Source of the DNA: a bacterium
Lineage (GTDB): Bacteria; Zixibacteria; MSB-5A5; CAIYYT01
DNA length: 64,000 bases
Direction of reading: 5' to 3'
Assembly (NCBI GenBank): GCA_016708315.1
Contig: JADJGC010000004.1
Coordinates: 2,000-65,999, forward strand
Below, one piece after another: positions 8,349-17,652 of the stretch; positions within the stretch are counted from its first letter, which is position 1; every line of letters begins with the position of its first letter. The translations under genes and the position numbers were made by a program. Under the pieces are notes generated by a model. That model searched no databases, was not told the DNA's origin, and saw only the letters and a list, made by a program, of their open reading frames with translations.

Positions 8349-10812
8349 GATTCTGGTAGTTGAAGACGAGTCGATTGTTGCTTTAGACATTCGGCAGCGA
8401 CTTGAAATCATGGGTTTTGAAGTAGTCGCGACAGTCGCCACCGGTGCTGCTGCCATCGAGAAAACATTGTCGGAAAAGCCTGATTTGATTCTAATGGATA
8501 TTCAAATCAAAGGAGAGATCGATGGTATCCAGACAGCCGATCAGATAGCTCAATTAGTCGACGTACCGATCATCTTTCTCACGGCTAACTCCAGATCGAG
8601 TTACTATCGACCGGGCAAAGAACTCAGGTCCGCTCGCGTATCTTTGAAACCTTTCGAAGATCGGGAACTTCAAACCGCTATCGAAATCGCTCTCGAACGA
8701 CACCGCTTAGAGCGCAAGCTGAAGGAGCACGAACAGTGGCTATCAGTGACTCTCGGCAGTATTGGTGATGCCGTTTTGGCATTTGACACGAAAGGCAATG
8801 TCACCTATCTAAATTGTATAGCGGAACAGCTTACAGGTTGGACAAACGATGAAGCACTCGGGCGACCAGCAAGAGAGGTCCTGAGACTCACGCTCAGCGA
8901 AGCGGCGGCATTCAAACCGATTGAACCAATCGCAAAGGTGTTGGATTCAGGGACAACCTTCCATCTGAGTGAATTCGCCCTTTTGACTCGGCGTGACGAA
9001 GTGCAAATCGCGATTGAAGACAGCGTTGCTCCAATTCGGCTCGAGTCGGGCGAATTGATCGGTGCTGTCATGGTCTTCCGTGACGTTACTGCTCGTATCC
9101 TCACTGAGAGGAAATTGCGAGATTCCGAGATGCACATCAAACGGATCTTTGAAACTGTGCAGGAAGGGTTGGGAGTGGTCGATGAACACGAGCAGATACT
9201 GATCTGCAACCCCGCCTTTGCTGCGATTCTGGGTGAAGACGATCCCAAAGCGGTCATCGGAAAGAAAATTGTAGACTACATGAGCCCGGAATCACAACTG
9301 GAAATCTTGGCACAGACAAACATCCGGCAGACGGGCGTCAGCAATGAGTACGAGTTGAGCGTTGCGACTCCGGCCGGCGAAGCAAGAATTGTAGATGTGA
9401 ATGTCGCGCCGCTCGTAGATGAATTGGGCAAATACTGCGGCGCTGTTAGCACGATGGTTGATATTACCCATCGCAAGCAATTGGAACTGGAGCTGAGCCA
9501 GCATCGTGATCACCTCGAGAAGTTAGTGCAGGCACGCACCAAAGAACTAACGGTGACACTCAAGACTCTTCAAAGCGAAATCGATGAGCGCAAGCGCCTT
9601 GAAACTGAACGCGAGGCGATGAAAGGTAAGTTACAAAAGGCCGAGAAGATGGAAGCCTTGGGGATGCTCGCCGGCGGCGTCGCTCATGACCTAAACAACA
9701 CCTTGGGACCCCTTGTCGGATATCCCGATTTGATTCTTGAGTTCCTGCCGAATAATCCCGGAGTCCGAAGAATGGTTGAGCGGATAAAGCTTGCCGCGGT
9801 TGACGCGGCCAGCGTGGTTAACGATCTCCTTACCCTCGCCCGACGGGGCCGGTATGAGATGTATCCGATGCGAATGAGTGACGTTCTTCGCGAATATCTT
9901 GATTCGCCTGGCTTCTTACGGCTCCAAGCTGAACATCCGAAAATCAAGACTGTGACCGACCTTGACGACGCCGCTGATCTCATAATGGGCTCAGCTCCAC
10001 ATCTGGCCAAGGTGCTGATGAACCTGGTGATCAACGCATTTGACGCCATCAAGGCAGAAGGAACTGTGACTGTTAAAATCGCCAAGGTTAGCTTGACAAG
10101 ACTGGATTCCGGCTACGACAAAATCAATCCGGGCGACTACGTTATGGTTCGAGTATCCGATACCGGATGTGGAATCTCCGAGGAAGACCTCACCAAGATT
10201 TTTGAGCCTTACTACTCGAAGAAGAAAATGGGTCGTAGCGGTACGGGACTGGGACTTTCGGTGGTCTACGGGATTGTTCAGGACCATGCTGGTTACTACG
10301 ATGTTCTCTCCGAAGTCGGACGAGGGACTGATTTTGTACTGTACTTCCCGGTAACCGAAAAGGCCATTTCCAAGACTCCGAATCAAGAAGTCAAGCAGGG
10401 TTCTGAATCACTTCTTGTGGTTGATGACAACGAGGAGCAGCGAGAACTTGCCAGCGAAATTCTTGGCAGCATCGGTTATCGCGTCAGTTCCGTTGCCAGT
10501 GGACGTGAAGCAGTAAGATACCTACATGACAACTCCGTTGATTTAATCTTGCTCGACATGATTATGGAACCTGACTTCGACGGGCTCGATACTTACAAAG
10601 AAGTGCTTAAGTTGAGACCGCAACAAAACGCAGTCGTCGTGTCCGGATTCTCTTCGAACGAACGTGTTGAGGAACTTCTGCGTCTCGGTGCGTCGGGGTA
10701 CCTTCAAAACCATACTCGGTGGAACAGATCGCATCGGCAGTTTATGCCGCTCTACATCCATGCTCCTCAAATCCTGAACACGACACAAACAGTTCAGTCT
10801 CACCGATGCTGA
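8335..10812 (+). CDS. hybrid sensor histidine kinase/response regulator (REC - PAS - PAS - HisKA - HATPase_c - REC)
   Basis: A TTG at 8335 is preceded by GAGGAG; the ORF itself is open from 8293. Motifs are REC (ILVVEDE, DLILMDI, KPF), PAS segments, HisKA (GGVAHDLNNTL), HATPase_c (NLVINAFDA, DTGCGI, GTGLGLS), and a second REC (LLVVDDNE, LILLDMIMEPDFDG). Internal and terminal frame anomalies are described in the findings. Confidence 0.85.
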   Translation: MSAHKILVVEDESIVALDIRQRLEIMGFEVVATVATGAAAIEKTLSEKPDLILMDIQIKGEIDGIQTADQIAQLVDVPIIFLTANSRSSYYRPGKELRSARVSLKPFEDRELQTAIEIALERHRLERKLKEHEQWLSVTLGSIGDAVLAFDTKGNVTYLNCIAEQLTGWTNDEALGRPAREVLRLTLSEAAAFKPIEPIAKVLDSGTTFHLSEFALLTRRDEVQIAIEDSVAPIRLESGELIGAVMVFRDVTARILTERKLRDSEMHIKRIFETVQEGLGVVDEHEQILICNPAFAAILGEDDPKAVIGKKIVDYMSPESQLEILAQTNIRQTGVSNEYELSVATPAGEARIVDVNVAPLVDELGKYCGAVSTMVDITHRKQLELELSQHRDHLEKLVQARTKELTVTLKTLQSEIDERKRLETEREAMKGKLQKAEKMEALGMLAGGVAHDLNNTLGPLVGYPDLILEFLPNNPGVRRMVERIKLAAVDAASVVNDLLTLARRGRYEMYPMRMSDVLREYLDSPGFLRLQAEHPKIKTVTDLDDAADLIMGSAPHLAKVLMNLVINAFDAIKAEGTVTVKIAKVSLTRLDSGYDKINPGDYVMVRVSDTGCGISEEDLTKIFEPYYSKKKMGRSGTGLGLSVVYGIVQDHAGYYDVLSEVGRGTDFVLYFPVTEKAISKTPNQEVKQGSESLLVVDDNEEQRELASEILGSIGYRVSSVASGREAVRYLHDNSVDLILLDMIMEPDFDGLDTYKEVLKLRPQQNAVVVSGFSSNERVEELLRLGASGYLQNHTRWNRSHRQFMPLYIHAPQILNTTQTVQSHRC

Positions 10813-10987
10813 CTTTGTAGCCAGCCTGAGCGGCGAGAGATTAATGAGTTATTACAGAGTCAAACAGGTGCGGCGAGATGAGAAAAATGCGCCCACTGCC
10901 CTTCCGAACTCACTTTCCAAGTTTGACCGAGTGTTCAGCAGCGTCTAAACATGTAGCATGATTGGACCGCTCGATTCAAGTGCGCTA

Positions 10988-11185
10988 CTACTTCACCGAC
11001 TGCCACGAGTCGGTTTTCTTGTAGTCGAAGAGCAACAACAACGGAATCACCAGCCAAATCAACAGCGCCAATCCTGTCACTGACAGTGTCACTGCGCTCT
11101 TCGTTGAAATCAGGAAGATGAAGCTTCCGCCCCAGACGAATATATTGATGGCGACAATCGTCAGTGTCACTCTGAGATTATCCAT
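10988..11185 (-). CDS. small membrane protein (2 TM), hypothetical
   Basis: This 65-aa ORF has two clear hydrophobic helices. Its start overlaps (ATGGATAA) the end of another small, frame-disrupted membrane ORF at 11186-11418. Confidence 0.4.
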   Translation of the reverse strand: MDNLRVTLTIVAINIFVWGGSFIFLISTKSAVTLSVTGLALLIWLVIPLLLLFDYKKTDSWQSVK

Positions 11186-11492
11186 CGTCCAGCCAGAGCT
11201 TGATTAGGATCTTCATCGACATGGCAAATGCCAAAAACAGTAGCCCGGCAACGCGGAGAATGCTGACGGCGACAAAGTAGGTGCTGTCGGTTACGATCCG
11301 GCCGGAACGTTCGCCCAGGAAATCAGGGCATCATTGACGATCAAGTGGGGAACCATCAACGCAAACACCGCAGGCAAACGTAAACCAGATTGAGAAGTTG
11401 ATCAGCCGCCAAGTCATGGAATGAATCTACCTCCTACGTTATCAAACTGCAACACATCATCACCGAAGTTGCCTGAATAGGAAATCAACTGC

Positions 11493-11876
11493 CTAAACCT
11501 TTGCCGTCAACCATCGGCCGCGGCGATAATAGAAGTAGAACAGTATCGTTGTCAGGATTCCCGAGCCGGTAAGAACCCACCAGACGGCGGTTTCATTGAA
11601 ACCAAGCAGCTGCGTCAACATGACTGCAGGCAGTACCTGGAAAAGCCACGAATGGATAATGCTGAATACCATGTATGGCGCATTGAGTCCGACGCCAAGA
11701 TGAATCTGTTCAAGCATCAAGAACGCTCCAAAGAACGGGAAACTGATTGCCGTAATACGCAGAATATTGACACCGTGGCGCACCGTTTCTTCGCTCTCAA
11801 AGAATACCCGCATGTACGCTCCGGCAAAGACAAAAGTCAGAATTCCCATCGCAGCCATAACTCCGAACGACAACAA
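11493..11876 (-). CDS. MATE-family efflux transporter, fragment 3 of 3 (C-terminal)
   Basis: This hydrophobic multi-TM segment continues the MATE reading from 11837-12268. The junction lies at a 5-nt homopolymer (plus-strand T run 11912-11916); restoring one base gives HNIGAQKIDRAKATADHAVLLSFGVMAAMG. Confidence 0.7.
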   Translation of the reverse strand: MLSFGVMAAMGILTFVFAGAYMRVFFESEETVRHGVNILRITAISFPFFGAFLMLEQIHLGVGLNAPYMVFSIIHSWLFQVLPAVMLTQLLGFNETAVWWVLTGSGILTTILFYFYYRRGRWLTAKV

Positions 11877-12268
11877 AACAGCATGATCGGCAGTCGCTTT
11901 GGCGCGATCGATTTTTGGGCGCCGATATTATGCCCAATCAGCGATGACAGCCCGAGTCCAATCCCGACAATGATCGACATACCAAATCCGATCACCTGCA
12001 TACTTGCTCCATAGGCCGCAACCACTGTCGTGCCGAAGCCGGCGACGATCGGCGTAATCAACAAGCGGGATAAAGAGAATGACAGTTCTCCCAACCAGGC
12101 CGGGACGCCAAGCCAGATCATGGTCCACATAGAGGCAATCGAAATCGGTACTTTGCTGCGAAGGTGGAGCCGGACATTTACTTTGCTCGAGAAGAACAGA
12201 GCAATGCCAACAATAAACGTGACTGTGACGCTGATCACCGTCGCCCACCCCGCTCGGCAATGCCCCAC
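11837..12268 (-). CDS. MATE-family efflux transporter, fragment 2 of 3
   Basis: The multi-TM sequence ATVISVTVTFIVGIALFF..GASMQVIGFGMSIIVGIGLGLSSLIGHNIGAQK is typical of the MATE central region. Confidence 0.7.
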   Translation of the reverse strand: MGHCRAGWATVISVTVTFIVGIALFFSSKVNVRLHLRSKVPISIASMWTMIWLGVPAWLGELSFSLSRLLITPIVAGFGTTVVAAYGASMQVIGFGMSIIVGIGLGLSSLIGHNIGAQKSIAPKRLPIMLFCCRSELWLRWEF

Positions 12269-12864
12269 TGCGGAAGACCCATCCAGCCGAACATCAGAAG
12301 CGGCGCCAAAATTATGTTGAGGATGTTTGAACCCAGCATCAGCGCCATCGCCAAATTCGGATTCGCCACACAGCGGAGGGCCGTAAAAATCGTATAAACC
12401 GAATACATAATCGGCAAACCAATGATCATGATCCGGCCATACACTATTCCCATCTCTAAAGCTTGCCCCTTTGCACCGAGGAGTTCGAGAAAGTCCGGAA
12501 GGAAAAACAGTCCTGTGAGGTTAAGCAGTATCCCAAAGAACAGTTTCAGAATCAGTGTTTCCTTAATTGCTGTTTCTGTCCGGTCGAAGTCCTTTTCGCC
12601 ATATCGCCGAGAGATTATCGCAACAGAGCCAGGCCCAATGAGGCTGTTGAAGGCAAAAAGCATCCAGAGCAGGTTCATGAAGAAAGTCACACCGGCAACA
12701 CCATTCTCGCCCTCCGGAAGACGCGACACCCAGAACATGTCGGCTACCGAATAGAGATGCTGGGCTAGGAACCCGATCATCGACGGCAACCCCATCTTCA
12801 GCACGGAGGCTGCAACGGAGCCTTCGGTAAAGTCGGTACGTTTCTGCTCGGTGGTTTCTAACAT
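12235..12864 (-). CDS. MATE-family efflux transporter, fragment 1 of 3 (N-terminal)
   Basis: The N-terminal MATE pattern is present (SVAASVLKMGLPSMIGFLAQHLYSVADMFWVSRL, ISRRYGEKD). The frame breaks near 12240-12265. Confidence 0.75.
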   Translation of the reverse strand: MLETTEQKRTDFTEGSVAASVLKMGLPSMIGFLAQHLYSVADMFWVSRLPEGENGVAGVTFFMNLLWMLFAFNSLIGPGSVAIISRRYGEKDFDRTETAIKETLILKLFFGILLNLTGLFFLPDFLELLGAKGQALEMGIVYGRIMIIGLPIMYSVYTIFTALRCVANPNLAMALMLGSNILNIILAPLLMFGWMGLPQWGIAERGGRR

Positions 12865-12955
12865 GGTTTAGCTATACGATAATATCGCAAGAATGTTCGT
12901 AACCGGTTACGCAAATTTGCTCTCTCAATTGGATGGTAGTCGTTACAGGCCGCCT

Positions 12956-13648
12956 TTACTTTCTCGCGTGGCCGAATATAATGTACTTATGGTGATCTTT
13001 CAGAATGGGGTCAATGAATTTGTCTATGTGATGGAGAGACTTTCTTTGAAACTCATTGCGCCCGAACGTGCCGAGGAATCCAAAGGTCGCATAATTGAAG
13101 TGAGAAAACCCTCCATGAAATTGCTGCATCTCATCAATCGTGACATAGCGCCAATATCCTCCCCATTTAGTCATCCTTCGGAAAAATCGATGAAGTGCAG
13201 TACCGGCAAGGTTTTCAGCAAAAAGCAGGATGCCGCCCGGCTTAAGAACCCGGTACATTTCGCTGATAGCATTTGCCTGATGGTTTATTTGGTCGTTGCG
13301 GCCAATGGTACCAAGAATCGACTTAAATGCGACTACATCGAAACGGCCACTATCAAACGGTAATCGCGTCGCGTCAGCAGCAGCGTAATTGATCAGATGA
13401 GAAACGCAGTGGCGCTTGTGGCGAATCTCTGCCGTCACTCGTGGGTTTTCGACATCGCTGCAGATTACATGGAAACCTTTGAGCGCAAAGTAGAGGGACA
13501 AACCGCCTTCCCGAGCGCCGACTTCCAGCGCCGAGGCTCCTTGCGGGACTTGAGAAAGTACCTTGTCCCACGTTCTGAGCGCGACGCTCCAGTTCTTTAT
13601 GTCCCAGCCTATTATGTCCTGGAGAGTTGATCCCGGGTACTTAGTCAT
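12956..13648 (-). CDS. class I SAM-dependent methyltransferase
   Basis: This 230-aa ORF has SAM motif I ALEVGAREGG, followed by FDVVAF and LKPGGILLFAEN. Confidence 0.75.
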   Translation of the reverse strand: MTKYPGSTLQDIIGWDIKNWSVALRTWDKVLSQVPQGASALEVGAREGGLSLYFALKGFHVICSDVENPRVTAEIRHKRHCVSHLINYAAADATRLPFDSGRFDVVAFKSILGTIGRNDQINHQANAISEMYRVLKPGGILLFAENLAGTALHRFFRRMTKWGGYWRYVTIDEMQQFHGGFSHFNYATFGFLGTFGRNEFQRKSLHHIDKFIDPILKDHHKYIIFGHARK

Positions 13649-13955
13649 TTGGAGAATACTGTTAGGGCCTTGAAATCTGTTAGATTAGTGAGTACTATAT
13701 TGTCCACGAACTTATTGAGAAACAACAGTGAGTCTCTCCGAGTATACGATACAGGGAACCAGATCTGCAAGTCGAGTGTTAGAGGGTGGGGTAATTTAGA
13801 AAGAATTATATACCTCAGGAGTTTTTTTGTATACTGCGAACGGGTCAGGCAATTTGGAATGAAGTGGTACCACGGTGACCTCCTGTTTCCCACAACAGCA
13901 CAGTTTTGCCGCACCCTTGCAGAGCAGTAAAAAATGTACAGTAGAAGGAATTGGA

Positions 13956-14705
13956 ATGAAGTTCAATCGTCTACATTCTTGGACAGACGATGTAAAAGAG
14001 GCCGAGCGTCTTCAAGAAAAACATGCTCCCTTGGTGAGCACTAAACCGGAGAAGACCTCTTTTCGTCTCGTAGGCGGAGTTGATGTCGCCTACTCAAAAA
14101 AGGACAACACCGCGTTTTGCACGGTCGTTGTCATGAAAGTTCCCGAGATGGAACTACTCGAAAAAGTTCGCGCGCAAGCGGAGATCACTTTCCCGTTTGT
14201 ACCCGGGCTTTTTTACTTTCGAGAGGGTCCCGTCATCTCAAAAGCCCTGAGCAGGCTCAAATTTGTGCCAGATGTCTTTATCTTTGACGGTCACGGCATC
14301 GATCACCCGCGTGGTATCGGTATGGCGTCGCACATGGGTGTGATGCTTGAGATGCCGACGATCGGCTGTGCCAAGAAGATTCTTGTCGGCAAAGTCGATG
14401 CTCTTGGAAATGAAGTCGGCGAAACGGCAGCCATTTATCTTGGCAATATTGAAGTCGGGCGCGCCATCAGATCACGCGAGAATGTCAAACCGCTCTTTGT
14501 CTCACCCCGTCACAAGATCGATGTTGAGACGGCAGTCAAGACGGTTATCGACCTGTTGCGCGGATATCGTCTTCCCGAGCCATTGCGTTTGGCTCACATC
14601 ATGGTCAACAAACAGCGTCGCAACTATGATATGAATTTACCGGGTGGAAACGCCCCATCCCGCGGACGCCAGCGTGATGATGACGATGATGATGATCGCG
14701 AGTAA
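13956..14705 (+). CDS. nfi: endonuclease V (deoxyinosine 3-prime endonuclease) with an acidic poly-Asp C-terminal tail
   Basis: Motifs are GGVDVAY, FYFREGP and FDGHGIDHPRGIGMASHMG. ATG 13956 lies within the longer ORF that starts at 13875. The tail reads RDDDDDDDRE. Confidence 0.85.
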   Translation: MKFNRLHSWTDDVKEAERLQEKHAPLVSTKPEKTSFRLVGGVDVAYSKKDNTAFCTVVVMKVPEMELLEKVRAQAEITFPFVPGLFYFREGPVISKALSRLKFVPDVFIFDGHGIDHPRGIGMASHMGVMLEMPTIGCAKKILVGKVDALGNEVGETAAIYLGNIEVGRAIRSRENVKPLFVSPRHKIDVETAVKTVIDLLRGYRLPEPLRLAHIMVNKQRRNYDMNLPGGNAPSRGRQRDDDDDDDRE

Positions 14706-14750
14706 CTCTATCGAACGACAGTAAACGATTCGTTCAGTTTCCGCTAATGC

Positions 14751-14780
14751 ATTAAGGGCGACCTACCGGTCGCCCTTAAT
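14751..14780. terminator. bidirectional intrinsic terminator hairpin between convergent nfi and M28 peptidase genes
   Basis: There is a perfect 13-bp stem, ATTAAGGGCGACC / GGTCGCCCTTAAT, with loop TACC, followed by GTTTGT. Confidence 0.7.
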
Positions 14781-14813
14781 GTTTGTGATCCGAAATTCGA
14801 TTTGTTGTTGGTG

Positions 14814-16520
14814 CTAAGGCAGACACGCGGCACAAGGCACTGGTCCGCCGGAAAAGATGTGACTGATCAGATAGACTACGTCGGAAATCGTCACGCTCGA
14901 GTTGCAATCAACATCTGCCGATTCGAGCGGATCCGGCATTGTACCCCCGGAAAAGATGTAATTGATAATTCTTACGACGTCGGAGATATTGACCGACCCG
15001 CTGTTGTCTGCATCACCGCAAATATAGTCTGGAGGCGGCGCATCAGTAACGGCCATATGCAGGCTCAACGTGTCTGATTTAGCTGGACTACCGGCGTCCG
15101 TCGCAGTTATTGTGAAGTAGTAATCGGCATTAAATGTCGGAACGCCTGTGAGTGTACCCTGAGGGCTGTTGAATGTCAGACCAAAGGGAAGATCTCCACC
15201 GAGGAAAGCCCAGCTATAAGACCCAACTCCGCCGATTGCTTCCATTTGGCAGAAGTAACTCTCCATCCGATAGGCTGGCGGCATATTATAGCTTAGAATG
15301 TGCACTCTTCCATCGCAGTAGTCCCCGATACCGTCATTATACTCATCTTCCTGAAGCGGATTGTAAACATCAGGGCAGTTATCGCAGGAACTGCCGACTG
15401 CGTCGAGGTCGGGGTCGGCTTGCGAGGCATTTGCGACATAGATGCAGTTATCGACACCATTCAGAACTCCGTCGTTGTCAAAGTCACCTGAGTTGGCGCC
15501 TTGGACGACTGTCGCCAATGATGCGCGCACCATCCGCGTCATGTACTCGAAATTCATATATGTGGTGCTGTCGCGTGCTGAGTGATAGACGCTTGAGAAG
15601 TTGTATTCTATGATGAAGACTGCTGTATACCCGTTCTGCGTAAATGGATAGTGGTCCGATCCGCTCGAGTTGCCGCTAAGATACCCAGTGATGCCATAGC
15701 TTGCTTGAGCAATACCGTTCCACATGCTGGCGTACGTCGTGTTGGCACCGCTATATACTGTCGCCCGATTCGTGTTTGAGATGTTCGCGATCATGTCCAT
15801 ATTGAACATAAACAGAATCTGATCACCGTTGGCAGCCGCGGCATTGGCATAGTGGTACGAGCCGTAGAGTCCCCATTCTTCTGCGTCAAAAGTAATAAAC
15901 TTGATTGTGACTTCTGTCGGCGTGTCGGAAAGAGCGCGGGCAATTTCCAGCACTCCTGCCGTTCCTGAGCCATTGTCGTCTGCGGCGGGCGAGGTTGTTA
16001 CTCCGTCATAGTGAGCGCCGACAATAATCTCAATCTCCGGATAGACTGTTCCAACCTTGGTCGCCACGACATTGTAGCACTGGTTTGTCTTTCCATTGAA
16101 ATACTGACTCCAGCCATCGAGATAAACCGAATCATAGCCGAACGACTCGAATTTTGCCTTGATCCAATCCCTCGCAAGGAAAATGCTTGGCGAACCGGCA
16201 ACACGACGATAATATGATTGCAGGCGAGCAGTGTATGAATAGAGCGAATCCTGCTGGATCGTTCCCAAGAATTTCTCCATAGTCGTCGACTGATCAGGCG
16301 CCACGAATTCTTTCAAGCTCGTCTCTTCAAAAACTATCCTGAGCGGCTGATCCGGCAAGGCGAGCAATGTCGGTTGAACCTCTCGGAGTCGGATCAAATC
16401 CACCCGGTACCCGATAGACGCGAATAGCGCCTTCGGAGAAAACAATTGGATATCTCGACTGGTTGTAGTTATCGAGACGAAGGTCAAGCGCAAGCTCGTC
16501 GCGGTTGACTGCTGAGGCAC
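14814..16520 (-). CDS. secreted M28-family aminopeptidase with C-terminal TSP3-like repeats, Ig-like domain and double dockerin-like repeat ending PCAACLP; N-terminal region frame-disrupted
   Basis: M28 zinc-ligand motifs are GAHYDG, DDNGSGTAGVLE, FDAEEWGLYGS and SDHYPF. The C-terminal 224 aa are homologous to the tail of the 3-896 protein. The signal peptide MRTTLKFVTILTLLLSTAIS starts at 16740 in another frame. Confidence 0.85.
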   Translation of the reverse strand: MPQQSTATSLRLTFVSITTTSRDIQLFSPKALFASIGYRVDLIRLREVQPTLLALPDQPLRIVFEETSLKEFVAPDQSTTMEKFLGTIQQDSLYSYTARLQSYYRRVAGSPSIFLARDWIKAKFESFGYDSVYLDGWSQYFNGKTNQCYNVVATKVGTVYPEIEIIVGAHYDGVTTSPAADDNGSGTAGVLEIARALSDTPTEVTIKFITFDAEEWGLYGSYHYANAAAANGDQILFMFNMDMIANISNTNRATVYSGANTTYASMWNGIAQASYGITGYLSGNSSGSDHYPFTQNGYTAVFIIEYNFSSVYHSARDSTTYMNFEYMTRMVRASLATVVQGANSGDFDNDGVLNGVDNCIYVANASQADPDLDAVGSSCDNCPDVYNPLQEDEYNDGIGDYCDGRVHILSYNMPPAYRMESYFCQMEAIGGVGSYSWAFLGGDLPFGLTFNSPQGTLTGVPTFNADYYFTITATDAGSPAKSDTLSLHMAVTDAPPPDYICGDADNSGSVNISDVVRIINYIFSGGTMPDPLESADVDCNSSVTISDVVYLISHIFSGGPVPCAACLP

Positions 16521-16872
16521 AAGTTTCGACTTTCAACCAGATGCCGAAAGTTGTGCGGTGGTTGAAGGCTCTGCAATCAACAGATAGCCGGAATTCATCT
16601 TGAGTACAGCGTCGGGACTTAACTCCTGAGCAATTGTGCGTCATCCCGGTTGCTGAGCGTGACTTTCACAAGGTCCGAGGCGATATTGCAGTTGACAGTA
16701 AAAGAGTTAGAATTGTGACAAATTTTAACGTGGTTCTCATGGCAGGTAACTCCAGAGTAAGAGATCTAAAGAAATAGCGTTGATAATATAGTCTTAAATC
16801 TAATTTAGTAAAGCCCAAAAAGCGGTCAATTATGAGGGTCGATATGAACTGAAAGGAATTGAGGAAGGTTTT

Positions 16873-17199
16873 TTACCGAGGACTGCCAACCCGAAACAGT
16901 CGGATTTCGTACTCGGTCGATCCGGAGACGATCAAAGAATCAGTATACAGCTGGTAACCCGACTTGTATGCTGAGATTTGATAAACCCCCGCGGAAACTA
17001 CAGAGAAGCTGAATTGTCCATTAGTTACGGTCGTAAATGAGTAATCACCCAACTTCACTTCGACCTTCGGAATCGTAAATTCTGTATCCTCAAGCAGGAC
17101 CCTGCCGGTTACCCGACCTACTTCGCGACCATTGTCGACCGCATTCGAGCAAGATATTGCTGCCACTGCAATCGCGATAATTGAGAGCAGATTCCGCAT
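16873..17199 (-). CDS. small lipoprotein with carboxypeptidase-regulatory-like beta-sandwich domain
   Basis: The lipobox is IAVAAISC. The sequence GRVTGRVLLED..VEVKLGDYSFTTVTNGQFSF..AGVYQISAYKSGY resembles CarboxypepD_reg folds. Confidence 0.6.
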   Translation of the reverse strand: MRNLLSIIAIAVAAISCSNAVDNGREVGRVTGRVLLEDTEFTIPKVEVKLGDYSFTTVTNGQFSFSVVSAGVYQISAYKSGYQLYTDSLIVSGSTEYEIRLFRVGSPR

Positions 17200-17370
17200 G
17201 TAACACAACTTCCCGAATTGATATGGTGCTTATCATAATTTCTACGAGTTGATATATGCCGATTTTTGCCACATTACACCTAATCTGACCATCGCGAGAG
17301 AGTCGCAAGTTCACCTTGTCCTAATTCGCTTGACTTAAATTCGCCAAATCCCTAACCTTTATGATTCACT

Positions 17371-17652
17371 ATGGCTACTAATTCTGAACTGCGATACGAT
17401 TTCTGGGACATTCTCAAAGCCCCACGTATGGCTTTGTCCGGCAAGTGCTTGCTTGCTCAGGCACAGCCGCTGGCATTCGGCTACGCAGCTTACTTCGTGT
17501 TCGCTTACCTTGCCCTGCTAATCGACGGGCAACAACTATCCTCAGTCATGGAGCCAGTTCAGGCTCTTTCCCGTTCTTTCTTTGGGCTTGGAACATTGGT
17601 ACAGCTGCGCAATTTGGATTGTCGGAATTATCGCATTCATTGTCATGTATGA
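17371..17652 (+). CDS. polytopic membrane protein, hypothetical, fragment 1 of 2 (frameshift near 17545)
   Basis: The N-terminal part has a TM helix (PLAFGYAAYFVFAYLALLI). The hydrophobic reading continues in the frame of 17582-18547 (..[32 protein letters not shown]). Confidence 0.55.
   Translation: MATNSELRYDFWDILKAPRMALSGKCLLAQAQPLAFGYAAYFVFAYLALLIDGQQLSSVMEPVQALSRSFFGLGTLVQLRNLDCRNYRIHCHV

Noticed and set aside
7782-8456. A 224-aa minus-strand ORF.
   Set aside because: It is antisense to the HATPase_c-encoding part of the kinase, and the plus-strand reading has clear kinase motifs.
13645-13930. Overlapping 89- and 93-aa ORFs on both strands, between the methyltransferase gene and nfi.
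   Set aside because: The region is an AT-rich divergent promoter region. The ORFs mirror each other and neither has coding-like features.
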